Virus record (IMG/VR): IMGVR_UViG_3300035698_025127
Coordinates: 1-64,000 of that record
Reading direction: 5' to 3' (one strand)
Origin: a virus
DNA: 64,000 nt
In this document: in pieces, positions 57,477 through 64,000 of the stretch
Layout of the letters: each line of letters opens with the position of its first letter
Numbering within the stretch: the first letter of the stretch is position 1
Notes under the pieces: generated by a model
Database searches by the model: none
Told to the model about the DNA's origin: nothing
Seen by the model: the letters and a program-made list of their open reading frames with translations, nothing else
Made by a program: the position numbers and the translations under genes

Positions 57477-58308
57477 AGATTATTTCAACTGGAGGGATGA
57501 CAAAACAAATACTATTCGTCAGGAAGTTTATGCTAATAACTTGTATGAAATATCAGAACAAGTATTAATAGACATGCGCATATGGGATTTTAAAAAGGCA
57601 AAATTTTTACCTGAGCTTGTCTGCAAGGCAGTTTATGCCGGGGATAAATGTAGGCCTGAAGCTAATAATTCAAGTCCTTTTAGCTATATATATGCTGCAC
57701 TATTTAAAACAGTTTTGTCACTAAATAAGGTGCATATCGAAGAATTAAAGCATAGTTCTATTACAAGTGTAGACGACGAATTGGAGCGATATTTAGAATC
57801 GAAAGCCAATAATGGCATTGATTTGTCAGAATATATTGAGGCAACTAAACTTAATTGCGCGATAGATTCTTATATTGCATTAAAAGAAAACTATCGTACT
57901 GACATGTTTGATAGTACGTTTATACAGTGTTGCAAAAATATGGCGGCTTGCGGTCTATCGCGCGAGGAAAGCGATTTAATTGTTAGCAATTTTAATGTAT
58001 CTGATAGCCCGCTTTTTGAAAAAATGCCACATTTAAGTAGCAATTTTATGTATAAGTTAGAAGTCTTGTCGGATTTAATAAATAAGTTAGAGGCAACTAA
58101 TTTTACAACAATGACAACTACTGCCAATGTTTTAGCACGATATAATTCTCTTATACGTAAAGGATATATAAAAATTCGGAAAATTGAAACATTGCACAGA
58201 AACCTTTCCAAGTATGCCGAAAGTAGGGGATTTACACTTATACAGCGTAAATACAATGATAGTTATTTGTTATATTTAGAATTTAATATGGAGAATTTAA
58301 ATGTTTAG
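57439..58308 (+). CDS. Divergent sigma-factor-like protein
   Basis: ELVCKAVYAGDKCRPE..SSPFSYIYAALFK resembles sigma region 2; AAAGGA RBS before ATG 57439. Confidence 0.45.
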   Translation: MAQKRIKKVDFDRDYFNWRDDKTNTIRQEVYANNLYEISEQVLIDMRIWDFKKAKFLPELVCKAVYAGDKCRPEANNSSPFSYIYAALFKTVLSLNKVHIEELKHSSITSVDDELERYLESKANNGIDLSEYIEATKLNCAIDSYIALKENYRTDMFDSTFIQCCKNMAACGLSREESDLIVSNFNVSDSPLFEKMPHLSSNFMYKLEVLSDLINKLEATNFTTMTTTANVLARYNSLIRKGYIKIRKIETLHRNLSKYAESRGFTLIQRKYNDSYLLYLEFNMENLNV

Positions 58309-58732
58309 TATATTAATTTCGTGGTCAATATTGGCTGCTGTAGTGTTTATTGTTTTGTCAGTTTATTTTGTAAAAGAAGTCAGGGCAAAATCTGTTATTA
58401 AAGTTCAATATGATCAAATTGTATTGAAAAACATGCTTAGTTATTTGACACAAGTAGCTTTGTTAAGCCAAACGAGAATACAAAATATCGTCATGGAATC
58501 AGAAAATGCACTTAAAGTATTTCTTGCAAATAACTTAAATGCTGGATATCAAGCATTAACTGATGGTACCGGATTTGAAACTCACGAACCAACATTGTCA
58601 AATGAAGAAATAGTTACAACTCTGGAAAAAATTCGGGAACATAGCGTACGTATAGCTTATACAAGACTCGGATTTGGACTGTGGTTTGTCCAGTTTGCCA
58701 TTTTGCTAACTTTATTTGTAATAGGAACATAA
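58301..58732 (+). CDS. Two-TM membrane protein
   Basis: Hydrophobic N- and C-terminal segments. Confidence 0.6.
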   Translation: MFSILISWSILAAVVFIVLSVYFVKEVRAKSVIKVQYDQIVLKNMLSYLTQVALLSQTRIQNIVMESENALKVFLANNLNAGYQALTDGTGFETHEPTLSNEEIVTTLEKIREHSVRIAYTRLGFGLWFVQFAILLTLFVIGT

Positions 58733-60106
58733 ATGTCACAAGAAGCTGCTCTACAACAGGCAATTAGTAATGCACCCAAGACAGTAGGATTAGGAAAACA
58801 ACTAGAAAAACAAATTATTAGCAATTCACTTGAAAATAGAGAATTCTTTTTATATGCTTATGAACTTATTGAACCTTCACATTTTGACGATCAAAAAAAT
58901 AGTGTCATATGGAGTTTCTTAAAGAAATATTATTCTACATATAAGATAGTGCCTTCCAGGCTTGTTTTGGAAAATGCATTATCAAAGAAAAATATTGATT
59001 TTGAAATACCAGATGTTGATTATAGTTCTATTGATTATGTCAAAGAAGAGGTCTTTAGAATCATAAAATTGCAGAAGTACGAACGTTTTTTGTTAAGTGC
59101 TATTTTACAGGCAAGCGAAACAAACCCGGAATATGACAAGTTATTTGAAGAATTCAAAAAAGTAATTCACATTCAAAATGAAATGTCTGCCGGTATTCAG
59201 TATTTTGATGTAAGAACTCGAATGGAGCGTGCTTCTCAAATGTGGAATGATAGAATTTCTTCAGGATTTCCATCGCTTGATATGCATTTGCCGGGTGGTG
59301 GATTCGGCAGAAAAGAAGCTGCTGCAGTCATGGCCCCGCCGGGTGTTGGAAAATCGTTATGGCTAGTAAATTTCGGCGCGAAGTTTGTTCAACGTGGCAT
59401 GAAAGTCTTACATTTTACACGAGAAGTTTCTGAAGAAATTCTAAGTTTGCGATATGACAGTTGTTATCTTGGTAAAAATTCTGATGATGTACTAAGCAAT
59501 ATTGATTTATCTGTTCAACAGATTGAAGGGTTGCACAGTATTATTTCAAAAGAAAAAGATAAAAATCTGTTATGGGTAAAAGAATTCCCAACTGGTGCAT
59601 CATCTATTAATGAAGCACAGGCTTATTTGCAAATGCTTAAAGATAGGTACAATTTTAAGCCTGATGTAATTATTGATGATTATTTAGACCTTGCGCGCTC
59701 TTCAACTTCTTACAAGTCTTCTTATGAAGAACAGGCAAGTGTTTTCAAAGAGTTTCGAGGGTGGATGGTAAAAGAGAGTATGTGTGGTTTAACCGCACTA
59801 CAAACAACGCGAGAAGCGGAAGGGCTAGTGGAGCCCATTAAAATGAAACATACGTCTGATAGCTATCAAAAACCACGTTTACTTGATTTACTTATGACAA
59901 TAAACGAGTCTCCTAATGACAAAATAAATAGCAAACAGCGTCTGTATTTAGCCAAAAACAGAAATAAGGCTGCTGATACCTCCATTATTTTTGGAGTAAA
60001 TAAACCCAAAATGAGGGTTTTAGATCAAGGCGAAACATATGCCAACAGTCGCGCGGATGCGCCTAGAAGCATTTCGGAAAGGATACATGATGACACTCCA
60101 TTCTAA
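58733..60106 (+). CDS. Replicative helicase (gp41/DnaB family)
   Basis: APPGVGKS, R.DS, VKEFPTG, PDVIIDDYLDL, TALQT.R, KNR. Confidence 0.92.
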   Translation: MSQEAALQQAISNAPKTVGLGKQLEKQIISNSLENREFFLYAYELIEPSHFDDQKNSVIWSFLKKYYSTYKIVPSRLVLENALSKKNIDFEIPDVDYSSIDYVKEEVFRIIKLQKYERFLLSAILQASETNPEYDKLFEEFKKVIHIQNEMSAGIQYFDVRTRMERASQMWNDRISSGFPSLDMHLPGGGFGRKEAAAVMAPPGVGKSLWLVNFGAKFVQRGMKVLHFTREVSEEILSLRYDSCYLGKNSDDVLSNIDLSVQQIEGLHSIISKEKDKNLLWVKEFPTGASSINEAQAYLQMLKDRYNFKPDVIIDDYLDLARSSTSYKSSYEEQASVFKEFRGWMVKESMCGLTALQTTREAEGLVEPIKMKHTSDSYQKPRLLDLLMTINESPNDKINSKQRLYLAKNRNKAADTSIIFGVNKPKMRVLDQGETYANSRADAPRSISERIHDDTPF

Positions 60107-60716
60107 TATCGAAGAAGTTATTATTAATGTGCAAGTAGGTACTGACAGATTAAACCGTTCCTTGACAGACGATTTAAAGATTGACGAGGACCGTATTAAT
60201 CGCTGGTTAATTGAAATTCCGTCAAAAACCGCTTATTGGGGTGCATGGTCAAAACGTGCAAAAATGGAACGACTAAGAGCGGAATACAATAAAGAATCTG
60301 CTCTTATTCAATCAAAAGCAATGGCTCGAAGTGCATTAAATGCTTCCAAAAGAGAAGACTTATTAGCATATGCCAGGGCTAATACGGAAGAAAAGAAAGC
60401 TCTTTTGAAACCAAAGGATGTTACTGAAACCGAAGTGACAGACTTGGCAAAGAATATGCCTGCTTATGTCGATTCTATAGCATTATATTTGAAAACTCGT
60501 GAAGCCGATGAGATGTTAGATGCAGCCATGGAAGCTTTTAAAATTTGTCATGGCGCTTTAATGACATTGGCAGCTAATATGCGTACCGAATACAAAACAT
60601 ATGGAAACCATATTAAGCGTGAAGATTCAGATTTTTCTGGTAAAAATACTTTAGCGAAAGCATCTAAAAATGCCGTAGAATATGCTACAAAAACTATAAA
60701 GGGAATACATGAATAA
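60090..60716 (+). CDS. UvsY-like recombination mediator
   Basis: DLKIDE...IP...AYW...TETEV coiled coil, between helicase and SSB. Confidence 0.55.
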   Translation: MTLHSNIEEVIINVQVGTDRLNRSLTDDLKIDEDRINRWLIEIPSKTAYWGAWSKRAKMERLRAEYNKESALIQSKAMARSALNASKREDLLAYARANTEEKKALLKPKDVTETEVTDLAKNMPAYVDSIALYLKTREADEMLDAAMEAFKICHGALMTLAANMRTEYKTYGNHIKREDSDFSGKNTLAKASKNAVEYATKTIKGIHE

Positions 60717-60936
60717 GTACACAAAGGAAGAGTTAGAGGTCATTAAAATGTGGGAATTTTTTCTTAATGACACTAGTGTTCCAGAAAAGTTATTGTATGA
60801 AAAGGCGATGGAATTGGAAAATATAATGAATGAAATGAGAAAAAATCCATGGTCGCTTTCTATTGAGCCTTTAAATGAAGTTTTTCATAAAATGCAATGT
60901 GATTTTCCAAAACAAAAAGAGGTAAATAATGAATAA
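60709..60936 (+). CDS. Small protein resembling major capsid N-terminus (copy 1)
   Basis: IKMWEFFL...EKAMELEN vs capsid IKEWAPLL...NMAIMLEN. Confidence 0.6.
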   Translation: MNKYTKEELEVIKMWEFFLNDTSVPEKLLYEKAMELENIMNEMRKNPWSLSIEPLNEVFHKMQCDFPKQKEVNNE

Positions 60937-61330
60937 GTACACGCACGAACAATTGATTAATTTTGTGACAAGGTGGTCTGAAATTCTTTCAAAGTTTGAC
61001 ATTTCGGAAGAGCAAATAACCGAGTATGCTGTTAGATTAGAAGAAGCCGATAAACTTCCACTTAATCCTCTTGGTGAAAGTGTTAATACAATTATGAAAA
61101 AAATGTACAAAGAGCTTCCACTTCGTAGTGATAAAAAAGTTCAAGAAATTGAGACTTCAGAAACTGAAAACTATGATTCTTTAAAACTGTTATTTGATGA
61201 GTTAGAGCAAAAACTAGAAAGCGCATTAAATAGAATTGTAAAATTAGAAACAAATTCTAATAGGTACGTTCACCCGCAAATGCGTAGGGACGGATATTGT
61301 GATGGGTTGAGGCGTAGAGGTGGGGGGTAG
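60929..61330 (+). CDS. Small protein resembling major capsid N-terminus (copy 2) plus coiled coil
   Basis: HEQL..RWSEIL..SEEQI..AVRLE...IMKKMYKEL vs capsid HEKI..EWAPLL..SEEEV..AIMLE...LIRRMYPAL. Confidence 0.65.
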   Translation: MNKYTHEQLINFVTRWSEILSKFDISEEQITEYAVRLEEADKLPLNPLGESVNTIMKKMYKELPLRSDKKVQEIETSETENYDSLKLLFDELEQKLESALNRIVKLETNSNRYVHPQMRRDGYCDGLRRRGGG

Positions 61331-61333
61331 ATA

Positions 61334-61555
61334 ATGTCAAAGAAAATTATTACAAGAAGTATTGTATTTGTTGGCAATCGCGGTATCCCCGAAGAACTTG
61401 AAAATAAAACTGATATTAAGTTATTTGAATATTTGACTGACCATTGTGAAGGCACAATTGTTATGTTTGATAATATGAACCGATCTTGGCGTTGGGGCTG
61501 TAAAAAGCGGGAACGCATGAAAAAGTTACCACATGCAGTTACGCTAATAATTTAG
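61334..61555 (+). CDS. Hypothetical protein
   Basis: 73-aa ORF. Confidence 0.55.
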   Translation: MSKKIITRSIVFVGNRGIPEELENKTDIKLFEYLTDHCEGTIVMFDNMNRSWRWGCKKRERMKKLPHAVTLII

Positions 61556-61564
61556 GAGAACATT

Positions 61565-61921
61565 ATGGGATTTTTAACAGGCTGGAATTTTGCAGCATTA
61601 TTGATTACTGGCTCATTTATTTTTGGCATTATGGCCAAGCTAAAAATGGTCTTTCCGGCCTTTTTTAAGAGACCTCTTGTAAATAGGTTCAAACCTACGT
61701 ACGCTATTATAGCGGGAGTAGTTATTTGTCTATTACCCGGAATATTGGAAGGCGAACTTCCGATACCGTTAAAAATATTCTTAGGTGCGAATGCCGGTTT
61801 ATATTCGCACTTCTTTAACTCTGTTCTCAGAAAATTCATTCGTAATCAGGTCGCAACCAATTATATTAAGGCCAATGATTACAATGAAAATGAAGAAGAT
61901 TTTATTTCTTCGCGAGAATAG
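61565..61921 (+). CDS. Three-TM membrane protein, holin-like
   Basis: Three hydrophobic segments, charged C-tail, AGGAG RBS. Confidence 0.5.
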   Translation: MGFLTGWNFAALLITGSFIFGIMAKLKMVFPAFFKRPLVNRFKPTYAIIAGVVICLLPGILEGELPIPLKIFLGANAGLYSHFFNSVLRKFIRNQVATNYIKANDYNENEEDFISSRE

Positions 61922-62054
61922 TACGTTAAGATATAGAAATCCACTGTATGGATGATACTTGGGAACCAAAAACTGTTTGCCGAATGGCTTAACTTGTAAC
62001 AATGTCTTGATACTTTTCATCCGGGTATCATGTAAAGAAAGAAAGAGAAACGAA

Positions 62055-63122
62055 ATGACTCATGGCGTAGATATCAAAAAATTACTTGCAAACGCGGAAA
62101 ACATGAAAAATGGCGGCGGGTTTAATAGTAATTTTTGGAGCCCTAAAGAGGCCAAAACAACTATTAGAATTATCCCGCCTAATCCTGAAATTCAAGGTAT
62201 GCTCCCGGGCGTGTTCTTTGTAAAACACAATGAACATAATATCAATGGCCAACGTATTGGTTGTGCTGCCGAAATTCTTCAGGAAGATTGTCCTATTTGC
62301 ACGAAACGAATCGAAATTTACCGCGAACGTAAAGGCAATCCTGCAAGCTGTACCCCCGAGAGAGAGCAGTTTCTCGCTGCAACTCACAGTTCAAGACGTT
62401 TTCTTGCCTTAGTTATTGTTAAAGGCGAAGAAGACAAGGGTGTACAAATTTGGAGTTTCGGCAAGAAAATGTTAGACAAGTTGCTTTCATTTTATGTTGA
62501 TTTCTGTGCTGATGGCGATGATGAATTGTCAGACATGGACAATGGTCGTGATATTATTATCAACAAGACGATTATTCATACTGAAAACGGAAATTTCCCC
62601 AACTATGATAATTCCATTCCGTCTCCGAAATTAACGGCAGCCGGCACCCCCGAAATGATTGCAAAATGGTGGACAGAACAACCTAAATTGTTAGAAATTG
62701 CTTCTGCAAACATTAAGTCCTATTCTGAAGTTGCGCAGATTGCAGAACAACTCATGGAATCATTTGAGAGAAAGGCCCCACAAGCTCCACAAACGCCTCA
62801 GGCGTTACAGAGCTATGCTGCCCCTACCGCTAGTACTCCTGGCACCCCGCAATCAACTGTGGGCGGCCCCCCGGAACTTAGTATTGCTGGTGTACTGGGT
62901 GAGATTGATCTATCTAGCCCCGAAGCACTCATTGCTTTTCAGGGATGGCAAAAAAATGGCAATAACGATTTACAGTTATTGTTAGAAGTTGCCAATTCTT
63001 ATCCTAAACCTGGTACAACAGCCGCAGCAGCGCCTCAAAAGCCAGCGGAAAAAGTACAGACAGAAATTTATGATGATCCCGAAGCATTGTTAGCTAAAAT
63101 TCAAAACGAATTAGATGAATAA
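62055..63122 (+). CDS. Single-stranded DNA-binding protein (gp32-like)
   Basis: FWSPK..TIRIIP, H, C..CPIC, GVQIWSFGK, GRDIII, acidic C-tail. Confidence 0.88.
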   Translation: MTHGVDIKKLLANAENMKNGGGFNSNFWSPKEAKTTIRIIPPNPEIQGMLPGVFFVKHNEHNINGQRIGCAAEILQEDCPICTKRIEIYRERKGNPASCTPEREQFLAATHSSRRFLALVIVKGEEDKGVQIWSFGKKMLDKLLSFYVDFCADGDDELSDMDNGRDIIINKTIIHTENGNFPNYDNSIPSPKLTAAGTPEMIAKWWTEQPKLLEIASANIKSYSEVAQIAEQLMESFERKAPQAPQTPQALQSYAAPTASTPGTPQSTVGGPPELSIAGVLGEIDLSSPEALIAFQGWQKNGNNDLQLLLEVANSYPKPGTTAAAAPQKPAEKVQTEIYDDPEALLAKIQNELDE

Positions 63123-63135
63123 TAAGTAAGGGAGA

Positions 63136-63166
63136 AAAGGGAGGGGTAATTCCCTCCCTTTGTTTC
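63136..63166 (+). terminator. Intrinsic terminator after SSB
   Basis: AAAGGGAGGG-gtaatt-CCCTCCCTTT GTTT. Confidence 0.75.
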
Positions 63167-63170
63167 TATT

Positions 63171-63563
63171 ATGCCAAAAAGATATTTTCAAAAATTTGCA
63201 AAGTATTATGGTAGTTTTAGAGGCGCTTACAATATAAGAAGGTCAATTACAGCTGACTTTGCCAGTGCATTCAATTTAACGCACGGCAAAGCACAGGAAA
63301 TGGTTGACTTTTTTGTTGATAAGTTGTTATCTAATCTCTATAATGGCGTTAGAATCAGGTTTGATGATGTTTTTGTTATTTATCTGGAACCATATCATAG
63401 TTATATACACAAATTCTATAATTTTCAGATCAAACAAAATGACGAGGCACATAAACCATCGCACTGGGGACTAAAGATTCACTTATCGAAACCCGGGTTC
63501 AAAAAAATTAACGATTCTATGGGCATACCAGATGAACGTGATTTTAGAAGTCCGAACGAATAG
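63171..63563 (+). CDS. Divergent HU/IHF-fold DNA-binding protein
   Basis: FASAFNLTHGKAQEMVDFFVDKLLSNLYNGVRIRF...LKIHLSK..KKIN follows HU helix-helix-sheet pattern. Confidence 0.6.
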   Translation: MPKRYFQKFAKYYGSFRGAYNIRRSITADFASAFNLTHGKAQEMVDFFVDKLLSNLYNGVRIRFDDVFVIYLEPYHSYIHKFYNFQIKQNDEAHKPSHWGLKIHLSKPGFKKINDSMGIPDERDFRSPNE

Positions 63564-63571
63564 AGGCGCTT

Positions 63572-64000
63572 ATGGTAAAAAAAGTAACTAAAGCTGGAAA
63601 AAAAACAAAAACCCCGGTTAACAGAGTAACTGTAAATTCCAGTAATGTACTGGAAGAAGTAATGGGGCTAATAAGTAAGGACTATTCTTTTGCGTCTGTC
63701 AATGAAGAAGAAAAAACAAATTATTTGCCAACGGGCAATTCAGCTATTGATTTTGTTTTAACAAATAAATTAACTGGCGGTGGCTGGCCTATTGGCAAGA
63801 TTACTGAATTATCTGGCAATAATGCTACTGGCAAGTCTTTGCTGGGGTTATTAGCACTTATTTCTACTATGAATGGTGCTATTAAAGACGAAGACGGTAA
63901 TCCGCAACCAGGCATTAGCGTTTTGATTGATACTGAACGGGCATATAATGCAGAATTCTTTGAGTTATTAGGCGGAGACCATTCAAAATTAGTTTTGGCA
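63572..64000 (+). CDS. recA: RecA/UvsX recombinase, 3'-truncated by window edge
   Basis: LPTGNSAID...GGWPIGKITELSGNNATGKS...LIDTERA. Confidence 0.9.
   Translation, partial: MVKKVTKAGKKTKTPVNRVTVNSSNVLEEVMGLISKDYSFASVNEEEKTNYLPTGNSAIDFVLTNKLTGGGWPIGKITELSGNNATGKSLLGLLALISTMNGAIKDEDGNPQPGISVLIDTERAYNAEFFELLGGDHSKLVLA

Noticed and set aside
20879-60106. Inteins, introns or homing endonucleases in terminase, portal, capsid, DnaE, primase or helicase
   Set aside because: Motif spacing is normal; no splicing or LAGLIDADG/HNH/GIY-YIG signatures seen
1018-63915. Many minus-strand and nested short track ORFs inside long + genes
   Set aside because: Antisense or off-frame shadows of well-supported genes, without RBS or motifs
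1-64000. Stop-codon reassignment
   Set aside because: Core genes are full-length and tightly packed under the standard code
1-64000. tRNA, tmRNA, retron or diversity-generating retroelement
   Set aside because: No cloverleaf, tag-reading frame, reverse transcriptase or template/variable repeat pair noticed by eye; tRNAscan and a self-dotplot would confirm

Overview
A 64 kb, gene-dense, AT-rich segment of a large T4-like (myovirus, probably jumbo) bacteriophage genome, almost all on the + strand and read with the standard code. 1-16.4 kb: tail-fibre, baseplate and virion-decoration genes, including a 2357-aa modular protein. 16.4-46.2 kb: phage sigma factor, S66 LD-carboxypeptidase, gp4-like nuclease, terminase, baseplate hub-like protein, portal, prohead protease, scaffold, major capsid, neck gp13/gp14, gp15, a greatly enlarged tail sheath (1570 aa) and tail tube. 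46.2-64 kb: a module starting at host sigma70-type promoters, with double-domain ThyX, M15 endolysin, PHP-less DnaE, primase, a second sigma-like protein, gp41-like helicase, UvsY-like, gp32-like SSB, HU-like and RecA/UvsX genes. Most notable: (1) a ~285-nt GC-richer multi-hairpin non-coding RNA with its own consensus promoter and terminator at 46.2-46.5 kb; (2) two tandem small genes in the replication module that look like stand-alone copies of this phage's own major capsid N-terminus; (3) a candidate late-promoter motif CGAA(G/T)ATA(A/T); (4) a start-less +1 open frame after the DUF5661 gene; (5) nested domain insertions in several virion proteins. All product calls come from motif recognition by eye, not database searches.
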